Assembly (NCBI GenBank): GCA_964549115.1
Contig: CAZJTX010000001.1
Span: 1 to 54,493, forward strand
DNA from: an uncultured Muribaculaceae bacterium
GTDB taxonomy: Bacteria; Bacillota_I; Bacilli_A; RF39; UBA660
Direction: 5' to 3'
Length of the DNA stretch: 54,493 nt
The position numbers and the translations under genes are program-made. The notes beneath the pieces were generated by a model. That model saw only the letters and a program-made list of their open reading frames with translations, was not told the DNA's origin and ran no database searches. This document shows positions 10,020 to 18,315 of this stretch, piece after piece. The stretch's first letter is position 1, and every line of letters begins with the position of its first letter.

Positions 10020-10901
10020 TTAATTATTTCTAAATCCTAATTCTTTAAAATATTTTTCTTTATCTTTCCAATTTTTAATTGTTTTAACATAAGTTTCTAA
10101 ATACACTTTTTTACCAAACAATTTTTCCAACTCTAGTCTTGCATTTGTACCTACTTGTTTAATGACAGTGCCATTCCTACCTATTATTATTTTTTTAAAT
10201 GAATCTCTTTCTACTATTATATTTACGCTTATATGTATTATATTCTTCGCTACTTTAAAACTTTCGGTATAACATGTAATGCCATGTGGTAATTCTTCAT
10301 AAACTAATTCAAATAATTTTTCTCTTACTATTTCACTTGCTATAAAAGATGCAGGAGCAGATGTATATTCGTCTTCATCAAAATATTTAACGTCATCTGT
10401 CAAATATTTTTTTATAACTTCTAACAATCTGTCTGTGTTATCCTTGTTCATAGCTGAAATTGGTACTATTTCAGCAAAAGAATGATCATCTCTTATTTTA
10501 TCAATGTTTTTCAATAACTTTTCATTCGAAATTTTATCTATCTTATTTAAAACTAATATTATAGGTACATCATTAGTTTTTAGAGAATTTAATATAAATT
10601 TATCCCCTCTTCCATAACCAGTTGATACATCTACCATAAATAAAACAGCATCAACATCTTTAGTTAGGGCTATTGCTTCCTTATTTAAATGTCTGCCTAA
10701 CTTATCAATTGGTTTTCCTATACCGGGAGTGTCTATAAATACAATTTGATAGCCTTCCTCATTATAAATACCCTGAATAACATTTCGTGTTGTTCCGGGT
10801 ACTTTTGATACAATCGCCACTTTTTCATCTATTAAAGAATTTAGTAAAGTGCTTTTACCAACATTTGGCCTACCAATTATACTTACAAATCCGCTTTTCA
10901 T
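10020..10901 (-). CDS. era: GTPase Era
   Basis: GRPNVGKSTLLN, DTPG and NKID motifs plus a C-terminal KH domain (IIGRNGTVIKQVG). Confidence 0.95.
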   Translation of the reverse strand: MKSGFVSIIGRPNVGKSTLLNSLIDEKVAIVSKVPGTTRNVIQGIYNEEGYQIVFIDTPGIGKPIDKLGRHLNKEAIALTKDVDAVLFMVDVSTGYGRGDKFILNSLKTNDVPIILVLNKIDKISNEKLLKNIDKIRDDHSFAEIVPISAMNKDNTDRLLEVIKKYLTDDVKYFDEDEYTSAPASFIASEIVREKLFELVYEELPHGITCYTESFKVAKNIIHISVNIIVERDSFKKIIIGRNGTVIKQVGTNARLELEKLFGKKVYLETYVKTIKNWKDKEKYFKELGFRNN

Positions 10902-10903
10902 TA

Positions 10904-11314
10904 TTACCTAATCATTACCCATAATTTTGGTATAAATATATAAGCGCAAATTATAACATATGACAGTGTTGAAACAAATGTAGCTGCAGATCCACAATCT
11001 TTAGCTATTTTAGCCAAGTCATGATATTCATCCGTAATCAAATCAACTATTGCTTCTACAGAAGTGTTTAACAATTCAATGCTTAAAACAAACACCGAAG
11101 CTAAAAGTATAAATGTCCATTCATTAAAATTGATTTTTAAAAATATACTCATTGCTATAGCAAAAATGGTACCAACCCCATGTAGCGACATACTCTGTTC
11201 GTTTGTATAAGCATACTTTAAACCGTTAACTGAGTTGATCGCACTAGCAATCACCCTTTTAAAAGTAAACATTTTAGCTTTTCCTCTTTCAAATTTTGGT
11301 TCGTCTGATTTCAT
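10904..11314 (-). CDS. dgkA: Diacylglycerol/undecaprenol kinase (DgkA family)
   Basis: Small three-TM protein with NSVNGLKYAY...EQS and LLNTSVEAIVD motifs. Strong AGGAGGAG RBS inside the end of ybeY supports the 11314 start. Confidence 0.8.
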   Translation of the reverse strand: MKSDEPKFERGKAKMFTFKRVIASAINSVNGLKYAYTNEQSMSLHGVGTIFAIAMSIFLKINFNEWTFILLASVFVLSIELLNTSVEAIVDLITDEYHDLAKIAKDCGSAATFVSTLSYVIICAYIFIPKLWVMIR

Positions 11315-11732
11315 TTAATATCTCCTCCTGCTTATTCAGCATTAAATCTTCTTCTTCTTTATTATTATGCTCATAACCTAACAAATGTAGCAAGCCATGA
11401 ATTATTAAAAATCCCATCTCTCTTAATTCACTGTGGTTGTTAGCCAGTGCTTGCGCTCTTACTTTATCTACACTTATATATATATCTCCCAACATTTTAT
11501 GTTTATGTTGTTTTAAATCTTCTTCGTCAAATATTCTAAAAGATAACACATCTGTAGGCTCATCTTTATTTCTATATTTTTTATTTAATAAGCGCATTTC
11601 TTTATTATCAATAATTATAATAGAAAAATAGCTTCTTTTCACTTTTTCTTTTTTTAACGTTTTATTAATTAATTTGTAAACAGTTTTATCTATTTTAAAA
11701 TCGGTTTTATTAATTAAGTCATAAGAATTCAT
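11289..11732 (-). CDS. ybeY: rRNA maturation endoribonuclease YbeY
   Basis: HGLLHLLGYEH zinc-binding motif; 147 aa. ybeY-dgkA-era-recO order is conserved in Firmicutes. Confidence 0.9.
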   Translation of the reverse strand: MNSYDLINKTDFKIDKTVYKLINKTLKKEKVKRSYFSIIIIDNKEMRLLNKKYRNKDEPTDVLSFRIFDEEDLKQHKHKMLGDIYISVDKVRAQALANNHSELREMGFLIIHGLLHLLGYEHNNKEEEDLMLNKQEEILNEIRRTKI

Positions 11733-12375
11733 TTAAATTAATGACTCCCATTGAAACAAATATATAAACTATTAACGCAACTAAAATTAAAATTAGAACC
11801 AGATTATATAATCCCTCTTTGTGAAACATTCTTGGTAACTTGGAATGTATCCACCTTAAAATTTTAAACAATATATATCCAATTGTTGCCCCTAATACAT
11901 TTAATATAATATCATCAATATCAAAAGATCTTCCTATATAATATTGAATAAACTCTACTAAAGCACTTATACTAAGGGCCGATAATATCACCGGATATAT
12001 CTTAGAAGGTTTTATTTTATAAGCAAAATATAATCCAAAAGGTATAAATGCTACCACATTTCCAACTACATTATATACAAATAATTTAGATCCCCATTTA
12101 TATCTAGATATTTCTTCAAAAGGAATTATATTAAATCCATGGAAAACATTTATTTCGGTCTTACTTAAAAATGTAAACAAAACAATAATATATAAAATAA
12201 ACAATAAACTTATTACTTCATCATAAATATATATTCTTCTATTCGATTTTTTTAGTTCAAAAACTCTTATCAATGAAAAAGTTACAATGAATAGTAATAT
12301 CATTGGCAACATTTCCATAATTGTTTCTTTTATAATTTTAAAAATCATTTTACCTCTATGTATATTATATAACAT
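11719..12375 (-). CDS. VanZ-like family membrane protein
   Basis: Multi-TM protein with GNVVAFIPFGLYF and EFIQYYIGRSFDIDDIILNVLGATIGY, the typical VanZ-family signature. The exact start is uncertain. Confidence 0.7.
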   Translation of the reverse strand: MLYNIHRGKMIFKIIKETIMEMLPMILLFIVTFSLIRVFELKKSNRRIYIYDEVISLLFILYIIVLFTFLSKTEINVFHGFNIIPFEEISRYKWGSKLFVYNVVGNVVAFIPFGLYFAYKIKPSKIYPVILSALSISALVEFIQYYIGRSFDIDDIILNVLGATIGYILFKILRWIHSKLPRMFHKEGLYNLVLILILVALIVYIFVSMGVINLNEFL

Positions 12376-12408
12376 TTTGACTATTTTTAAAGGGTATAAT
12401 TCATAACA

Positions 12409-12435
12409 AAAAAAGACTTTTTGTCAAAAGTCTTT
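12409..12435 (-). terminator. Intrinsic terminator downstream of rpsU
   Basis: On the minus strand, AAAGACTTTT-GAC-AAAAGTCTTT is followed by a T-run. Confidence 0.55.
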
Positions 12436-12437
12436 AA

Positions 12438-12626
12438 TTATTGAAATTTTCTTTTTTTGTGAAAGTTTTTAATGCCTTCCTTTTTTTCGATTCTTTTTCG
12501 AACTCCAGGCTTTTCATAATGTTTTCTCTTCTTTATTTCTGAAGGGACTCCACTTTTAGCAACTTTTGCTTTAAACTTTCTCAACGCAGCATCAACATTG
12601 CCGTTTTGTACAACTACTTTTGTCAT
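12438..12626 (-). CDS. rpsU: 30S ribosomal protein S21
   Basis: MTKVVVQNGNVDAALRKFKAKV... I chose the ATG at 12626, preceded by GGAGGGAAT, rather than the upstream start given in the ORF track. Confidence 0.9.
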   Translation of the reverse strand: MTKVVVQNGNVDAALRKFKAKVAKSGVPSEIKKRKHYEKPGVRKRIEKKEGIKNFHKKRKFQ

Positions 12627-12652
12627 ATTCCCTCCCTTCAAATTGCAAATCA

Positions 12653-12681
12653 ATTATATCATTTTCGAGATATCTTTTCAA
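12653..12681 (-). promoter_or_regulatory. Putative sigma-70 promoter of rpsU
   Basis: Minus strand reads TTGAAA (12681-12676), 17 nt spacer, TATAAT (12658-12653). It lies immediately downstream of the hairpin that ends the peptide operon. Confidence 0.5.
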
Positions 12682-12684
12682 GGA

Positions 12685-12708
12685 AAAAGCCGTCTTAAAA
12701 CGGCTTTT
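12685..12708. terminator. Hairpin terminator ending the peptide operon
   Basis: AAAAGCCGT-CTTAAA-ACGGCTTTT, flanked by an A-run and a T-run. It starts 1-2 nt after the stop codon of peptide B. Confidence 0.7.
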
Positions 12709-12709
12709 T

Positions 12710-12871
12710 TTAGCAATAATTTTTTGATTTTTTTAATTTTATTGCCGAACCTACTATTTGTCCTAATAATAATACAGTTGTCATCAATCTTGATACAGCA
12801 TTCAACATAGTTGCTGTTACTGCTGCACCACCAGATATGTTAGTTAATTCATAATTATTTAATTCTATCAT
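12710..12871 (-). CDS. Double-glycine-leader peptide B (53 aa), candidate bacteriocin subunit; not in ORF track
   Basis: My translation is MIELNNYELTNISGG / AAVTATMLNAVSRLMTTVLLLGQIVGSAIKLKKSKNYC. The leader matches the L..EL..I.GG double-glycine consensus. The mature part is hydrophobic with a GxxxG (GQIVG) and a cationic tail. Its ATG overlaps the stop of peptide A (TAATG). Confidence 0.7.
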   Translation of the reverse strand: MIELNNYELTNISGGAAVTATMLNAVSRLMTTVLLLGQIVGSAIKLKKSKNYC

Positions 12872-13014
12872 TATTTTTTACGACATTTAAGCGGGTTAAC
12901 ATATCCATCTATTATTCCTATTAAAAATGTCAATGCTCCGACTATGCCTACAACTAGGCTCACATTAATACCACCTTTTATTTGGTTTAATTCATATACT
13001 GATAATGTTTTCAT
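12871..13014 (-). CDS. Double-glycine-leader peptide A (47 aa), candidate bacteriocin subunit; not in ORF track
   Basis: My translation is MKTLSVYELNQIKGG / INVSLVVGIVGALTFLIGIIDGYVNPLKCRKK. An AAGGAG RBS sits 4 nt upstream of the ATG, directly after the stop of the 134-aa gene. It has a GG leader, a GxxxG (GIIDG) and a cationic C-terminus. Confidence 0.75.
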   Translation of the reverse strand: MKTLSVYELNQIKGGINVSLVVGIVGALTFLIGIIDGYVNPLKCRKK

Positions 13015-13024
13015 CGTACTCCTT

Positions 13025-13429
13025 TCATATTATTTTTCCAAGTAATTTTTTATATACTCTTTCTTTGTTGTAATACATTTTAATATCTAATAATTCATTA
13101 TTTTTATATTGTTTATCTAAATCTATTATGTAATCTTGATAATTAACCAAGTTATATTCATCTAATTTAATTTCACTAATATTATTTATTGTGAATTTAA
13201 CCTTGTCATTGTTAATACTCATTACCACAGCATCGTTCACTTTTGAGGTATCGTTATACTCAATTGACATATATAACATATTATCTTTATAGTATCCTTT
13301 CGTAATAAATATTGTGTAAATATCTACTGTGAATAAATAACACATAAATATAACAGTTATTATAACTACCACACTATAAAGTTTGTTTTGGGGAGTTAAA
13401 TTTATTAAATCTTGAAATTTATTATACAT
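13025..13429 (-). CDS. Single-pass membrane protein, 134 aa; possible miniature secretion accessory or immunity protein
   Basis: One TM segment (LYSVVVIITVIFMCYLFTVDIYTIFI). Overlaps the ABC transporter stop by 8 nt and precedes the peptide genes, so it is probably co-transcribed. The functional assignment is inference only. Confidence 0.5.
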   Translation of the reverse strand: MYNKFQDLINLTPQNKLYSVVVIITVIFMCYLFTVDIYTIFITKGYYKDNMLYMSIEYNDTSKVNDAVVMSINNDKVKFTINNISEIKLDEYNLVNYQDYIIDLDKQYKNNELLDIKMYYNKERVYKKLLGKII

Positions 13430-15458
13430 AAATAACTCTTTTAAATTCCTTATCTAAATTTTTATGACTAATATAAATAATGGTTTTATCTTTAAATTTA
13501 GTTTTTAAATTGTTAATTATCCTCTTTTCAGTTTTAATATCAACTTCGCTTAAGGCTTCATCTATTATTAACACCTTAAAGTTATCTATCAATGCCCGCG
13601 CTAATATAATTCGTTGTTTTTCTCCCCCAGAAAAATTATTTGAATCCACATTAATATAAGTTTGATATCTCATTGGTTTGGTTTTTACTATCTCAGATAC
13701 ACATGAACAGTTACATATATCCATAAAATAATCCTTAGCTACTTTTTTATGAAAAACAATATTTTGATACAATGTTTCAGAAAACAAGTATTCTCTTTGA
13801 GACACATATCTAATATTATTTCTAATAGTAGATAAACTTAAATCTTTAATGTTGATGTTTCCAAATGTAACTTCACCTTTGTAGTTTAATTCATGTTTAA
13901 TTAAAAGTTTACATATAGTACTTTTACCAGATCCACTTCTTCCTTTTATTAAAACATGTTCCCCCTCATTTATTTTTAAATTATAATTGTTTATTATATT
14001 ATGAATTTTATTATAACTAAACGTTAAATTTGATAATTTAATACCATAACCATTAACTTGCTCTAAAGAACCTATATTTTCTTTTTCTATATTCATAAAT
14101 TCGCTAAGTTTCTCAACTGATGCACTGATAAAATTATATTTTGGGATGTTATCTATCAGATTTTTTACAGGTTCTAAAAAATAATACATTAATGCATTAA
14201 AAGTTATAAGCTCAGAAATGGAAATAGAATTATTAATTAATAATACAAATCCTATAGTATTAACAATATATGTTCCCATTTCGTTTATAAAACTTTTTAA
14301 ATTTAATTGTATATTATTGAACCCCAATAATTTATAACTATCTTTTAAATAAGAAGAGGCACTATCCTCAATATAATTTAAAGCTTCATTAATACCAGAT
14401 ATGTTTTTGATGCTATTTATCATAGAGATGCTTTCAATAAATATAGAAGTGAATTTATTTTCCAACTTTATATTTTTGAGGATTTTTTTATAAATTACTC
14501 CTTTGAATGAAAGACCTAAAATCAAATAAATAGTTAGCAATAACAGTAATATTAAAAACAAAGTCTTGTTTAATAAATATAATATTGGTATTAAACATAT
14601 TACTAAAAGAGAATCTAGTAACAAAGACACAATAATCTCTGAAAAAAGATTTTTGAAATTATTTAAATCATTAATTCTAGCAACTATTTCACCTGTTGTT
14701 CTAGATTGAATTACTTTGGAAGGAAGGTTTAAAACATGATATAAAAAATCTCTTAACAAATATATATCCACATTTTTATTTAGATATAATTCATAATACA
14801 GCTTTAACTTGGTAAACATAATTTTTATACACGTTATAAAGAGAAACAAAATAAATGTTTGTTTTAAAAAATGTTTTCCCAATTCAAAATTATCAATAAC
14901 TACTTTAAAATAATAACCAGTAATTATTGTTGTTATAGTAATGAAAATACTAGCTACAACAATTTTTGATATAAGACTTTTTTCGTTTTTTAAAACATTA
15001 ACAAAAAGAGTTTTTAATTTAATATTTTTTTCATAAAAAACAATTGATCTAGATGGGAATAGTTCTATTAAATTACCAGACCATATATTCATAAAATCAC
15101 TAAAAGATATTATTCTTTTTCCTACTGCTGGATCCATTAACGTTATTTTTTTAGGAGTAATATTATAAATAACTACAAAATGATTTAAATTGTTTTCTTG
15201 AACATGACAAATTGCTGGTAAACTCAATTTTTCTTTTAACAAATGTTTTTTATCTAATTTTATGCCTCTTGAATCAAAACCATATTTAAAAGAAGCATCT
15301 ATTATATTAAAAGCAGTCGTTCCTTCAATATTCGTACATGTATCTTGAATAACTTTTTCTAAAGGAATATTACCACCATGATATTTAACAACAGACAATA
15401 AACATGCTGCGCCACAATCTTTTATATTTTGTTGTTTTACAATAAATGCTTTTTTCAT
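13422..15458 (-). CDS. Peptidase-C39-domain ABC transporter (bacteriocin/competence-peptide cleavage-export type)
   Basis: The N-terminal C39 domain has the catalytic Cys context QQNIKDCGAACLLSV, a later NHFVVIY (His) and LMDPA (Asp). Six-TM region follows. The NBD has Walker A GRSGSGKST, signature FSGGEKQR and Walker B LIIDEALS. Confidence 0.9.
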   Translation of the reverse strand: MKKAFIVKQQNIKDCGAACLLSVVKYHGGNIPLEKVIQDTCTNIEGTTAFNIIDASFKYGFDSRGIKLDKKHLLKEKLSLPAICHVQENNLNHFVVIYNITPKKITLMDPAVGKRIISFSDFMNIWSGNLIELFPSRSIVFYEKNIKLKTLFVNVLKNEKSLISKIVVASIFITITTIITGYYFKVVIDNFELGKHFLKQTFILFLFITCIKIMFTKLKLYYELYLNKNVDIYLLRDFLYHVLNLPSKVIQSRTTGEIVARINDLNNFKNLFSEIIVSLLLDSLLVICLIPILYLLNKTLFLILLLLLTIYLILGLSFKGVIYKKILKNIKLENKFTSIFIESISMINSIKNISGINEALNYIEDSASSYLKDSYKLLGFNNIQLNLKSFINEMGTYIVNTIGFVLLINNSISISELITFNALMYYFLEPVKNLIDNIPKYNFISASVEKLSEFMNIEKENIGSLEQVNGYGIKLSNLTFSYNKIHNIINNYNLKINEGEHVLIKGRSGSGKSTICKLLIKHELNYKGEVTFGNINIKDLSLSTIRNNIRYVSQREYLFSETLYQNIVFHKKVAKDYFMDICNCSCVSEIVKTKPMRYQTYINVDSNNFSGGEKQRIILARALIDNFKVLIIDEALSEVDIKTEKRIINNLKTKFKDKTIIYISHKNLDKEFKRVIYV

Positions 15459-15538
15459 GTTTTTCTCCCTTCAATAATTATTTATCCAAAAGAAGTCATT
15501 ATCCTTTATATTTTTTCAATTATAAAAATTGGTTTTAA

Positions 15539-15566
15539 TTGACAATAATTTCTAAAACATTATAAT
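15539..15566 (+). promoter_or_regulatory. Putative promoter of the 15587 gene (divergent from the exporter operon)
   Basis: TTGACA (15539-15544), 16 nt spacer, TATAAT (15561-15566), then an AAGGAAGG RBS. Confidence 0.45.
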
Positions 15567-15586
15567 TAAACTAAGGAAGGTTATAT

Positions 15587-16243
15587 ATGAAAAACAAAAA
15601 ATCATTACTAGTTGGATTTTTATTTATATTAATATTATTTTTATTTCTATTTTTAATTTTAAATGGATTTTCCAACAAAAAAGCAATACCTACACACGAA
15701 GCTCATAATTATGGCATTATTAAAAATAAAAAGAAAACGTTTATCGTAGAAATTGATGAACATTGTGAAGAAAACAAGCCTTGTTATAAAAAAATTAAAA
15801 ATGGACTACTAGGTAAGAAAAAATACGAAATAAATATTAACTTACATAACGACAAAGAAATTTTCGATACAATAGGTATCAATCAACATCAACTAGAATT
15901 AAACACAGAATCCTATGATCGATTAGAATTAGTGGGAATAATTGACCAAACGTTTTTAATATACGGTTTCAGATCTGGATTTAAAGAAAATCTTTATGAA
16001 TTTGTTGTATACGATAAAGATATAAACCCAGTTGCGTTTTTCCATTCAAATCAACAACATGCTAAATTTGATTTTAAAAAACAGTTTAATTATCAACATA
16101 ATGAGTTAGCCTTATTTTTCTGTAAACAAGAAGAAGATATGCAAAATGTATTAATTAAATATTTAGTTTGGTTTGATAAAAAAGGAATTAAAGATACTAT
16201 TATATCTGAAGAAAAAGTTGAAGACTGTGGTGCACACCAATAA
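15587..16243 (+). CDS. Hypothetical membrane-anchored/secreted protein, 218 aa
   Basis: N-terminal hydrophobic anchor LLVGFLFILILFLFLFLIL followed by a soluble domain containing several Cys. No family recognised. Confidence 0.6.
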   Translation: MKNKKSLLVGFLFILILFLFLFLILNGFSNKKAIPTHEAHNYGIIKNKKKTFIVEIDEHCEENKPCYKKIKNGLLGKKKYEININLHNDKEIFDTIGINQHQLELNTESYDRLELVGIIDQTFLIYGFRSGFKENLYEFVVYDKDINPVAFFHSNQQHAKFDFKKQFNYQHNELALFFCKQEEDMQNVLIKYLVWFDKKGIKDTIISEEKVEDCGAHQ

Positions 16244-16246
16244 CAT

Positions 16247-16275
16247 TTGACAAACTCTTCATATATATATATAAT
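16247..16275 (+). promoter_or_regulatory. Putative consensus promoter of rpsD
   Basis: TTGACA (16247-16252), 17 nt spacer, TATAAT (16270-16275). It is followed by a leader of about 145 nt before the rpsD ATG. Confidence 0.55.
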
Positions 16276-16420
16276 ATCTATGATGTTTTTGGCAGGGTTT
16301 AACTTTGTTTATAACGTGTTTATTGAAAAATAAAGTAACTTGGACTGCCCCAAGTGAAATTAAATAAACTCCCTATTAAATAAATTAAACATTAGCTTTA
16401 AATATTCAGAAAGGAGAACT

Positions 16421-17023
16421 ATGGCAAGATATACTGGGCCGGCTTTTAAAAAGTCTAGAAGATTAGGTTTTTCTACTTTAGAAAGTGGCAAGGATTTAGC
16501 AAAAAAACCATTTCCACCTGGAATGCATGGTAAAGCTAGAAGAAGAAAACAAAACGACTATGGAATACAATTACAAGAAAAGCAAAGAGCTAGAGTAATG
16601 TATGGTTTAACAGAAAAACAATTTAGAAAAGTGTTTAATAAAGCTGAAAAAATGAGTGGTATCACTGGTGAAAACCTACTTATATTACTTGAATCTAGAT
16701 TAGATAATTTAGTATATAAAATGGGCTTAGCTAGAACTAGAAGATCATCAAGACAAATTGTTAATCACGGACACATATTAGTTAATGGGAATAAAGTTGA
16801 TATACCTTCATATACTTGTAAACCTGGAGATTTTATTTCTATAAAAGATAAATCGAAAAATCATCCAGCTATCATTGATGCACTTGAATTAAAAATGAAT
16901 GTACCAGCTTTTGTAGAATTTGACAGAAACAACATGACTGGAAAATATATTAGATTTCCAGAACGAAGTGAATTAAATCAAGAATTAAACGAACAATTAA
17001 TAGTTGAGTTTTACAACAGATAA
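16421..17023 (+). CDS. rpsD: 30S ribosomal protein S4
   Basis: MARYTGPAFKKSRRLG... N-terminus, S4 RNA-binding domain, 200 aa. Confidence 0.96.
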   Translation: MARYTGPAFKKSRRLGFSTLESGKDLAKKPFPPGMHGKARRRKQNDYGIQLQEKQRARVMYGLTEKQFRKVFNKAEKMSGITGENLLILLESRLDNLVYKMGLARTRRSSRQIVNHGHILVNGNKVDIPSYTCKPGDFISIKDKSKNHPAIIDALELKMNVPAFVEFDRNNMTGKYIRFPERSELNQELNEQLIVEFYNR

Positions 17024-17031
17024 AAAGTTCT

Positions 17032-18315
17032 CTATAGAGAACTTTTTTCTTGCTCGTGTATAACAAATATACTCATATTGTTTGTTTTTAATTGACTTTT
17101 AAATTTTAACGCTTGTTCATAACTAGATTTTTCAGTTAAGGTTTTTGTGTTATTTATTATTTTATTAAAAGTTAATAACTCATAAATTATTTTATTACCG
17201 ACTCTTTCATAGTTTTCATAATCAGTTATAATCGACGCAGTTTTTGCTTTTTTCTTACGAACAAAATCTTTTTTAGTTAATTTTAAATTATTTAATCTTT
17301 TTTTAACTAGTTTAACCCCTCTTTTGATATTATGGGCTTCTATATAAACATTTGCTATTAAATAATTATTATAATAATCAATATAACTTCCCTTTATTTG
17401 GCCAATATTCTTTTTCCTAAATGAATAATTTAATTCACTTGTACTAGAGAAATTACTATTAATTAATAAATTTAAATATTCGAATTTTTCAATATCGTTA
17501 AATTCAGTTAAAGTATTTTTGTTAATCTTTATTGCAATTCTCGCTCTAGGTATTCCCACTTCCTTAAATTCTTCAGCATATTCTTTATATACCTCATCTT
17601 GTTCTTTTCCTAAATTAAGTATGGGTTTATTATATTTACTAAATTTTTTGTTTTCCATACACTTTTCTATTGTGTTTAACATTTCCTCTTTATTAAAATG
17701 ACCAGTTACTACCAAAAACATATTCTTTGGATGATAAAAATGTTTGAATACATCTTTAATGTTAGTTACGGTTATATTTTTTATGTCTTCTTCATCCCCT
17801 GTTATTGAAGTTTTATAACCTTTTTGATGAAATAACAACTCATTAATGCCAAAAATCATACGTCTTTCAACGTTATCATCTCCCATTTTTTCTTCTTCTA
17901 TAATAATACCTTTTTCTTTTTCTACTAACTCTTTAGTAAAATGACCATCATATACATAATTTAATAAATGGTTAATATTTTGATCTAATTTATCTCTAAA
18001 ATTAATAAAATAATTTGTATGATCAAATGTTGTATAAGCATTAAACTTAGTACCTAACTTATTAAATAAATCTTCAGCTCTTTCACCATTTGTTAAATTA
18101 AATTTCAAATGTTCTAAAAAATGGGCCACTCCATTTGGGTGATTATAAGTTTTATTTCCAACTTTATAATTTGTATGAATAGAACCATATTTCACAACTA
18201 AACTTGCTGATATATGTTTTTCTATATAGTTTGGCCACATATAAATAGTTAAACCGTTTTTTAAAGTTTGTTTGTATATAACTTCATCTAATCCAACAAT
18301 GTTAATTTTCTCCAT
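17032..18315 (-). CDS. M16 (pitrilysin/insulinase) family zinc peptidase, active-site-bearing subunit
   Basis: The inverted zinc motif HxxEH is present (GVAHFLEHLKF). 427 aa, overlapping its partner gene. Confidence 0.8.
   Translation of the reverse strand: MEKINIVGLDEVIYKQTLKNGLTIYMWPNYIEKHISASLVVKYGSIHTNYKVGNKTYNHPNGVAHFLEHLKFNLTNGERAEDLFNKLGTKFNAYTTFDHTNYFINFRDKLDQNINHLLNYVYDGHFTKELVEKEKGIIIEEEKMGDDNVERRMIFGINELLFHQKGYKTSITGDEEDIKNITVTNIKDVFKHFYHPKNMFLVVTGHFNKEEMLNTIEKCMENKKFSKYNKPILNLGKEQDEVYKEYAEEFKEVGIPRARIAIKINKNTLTEFNDIEKFEYLNLLINSNFSSTSELNYSFRKKNIGQIKGSYIDYYNNYLIANVYIEAHNIKRGVKLVKKRLNNLKLTKKDFVRKKKAKTASIITDYENYERVGNKIIYELLTFNKIINNTKTLTEKSSYEQALKFKSQLKTNNMSIFVIHEQEKSSL

Noticed and set aside
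12376-12400. Plus-strand TTGACT...TATAAT-like motif between the vanZ-like gene and rpsU
   Set aside because: The spacer is only about 12 nt and no plus-strand gene lies downstream, so this is probably chance AT-rich similarity.
12598-12810. 70-aa plus-strand ORF spanning the rpsU start and the peptide B region
   Set aside because: It crosses a terminator hairpin and a promoter and has no RBS. The opposite strand encodes S21 and a GG-leader peptide with proper signals.
16280-16333. Possible 17-aa leader peptide (MMFLAGFNFVYNVFIEK) in the rpsD leader
   Set aside because: No RBS, and the ATG would lie at or before the likely transcription start. This is probably a chance ORF.
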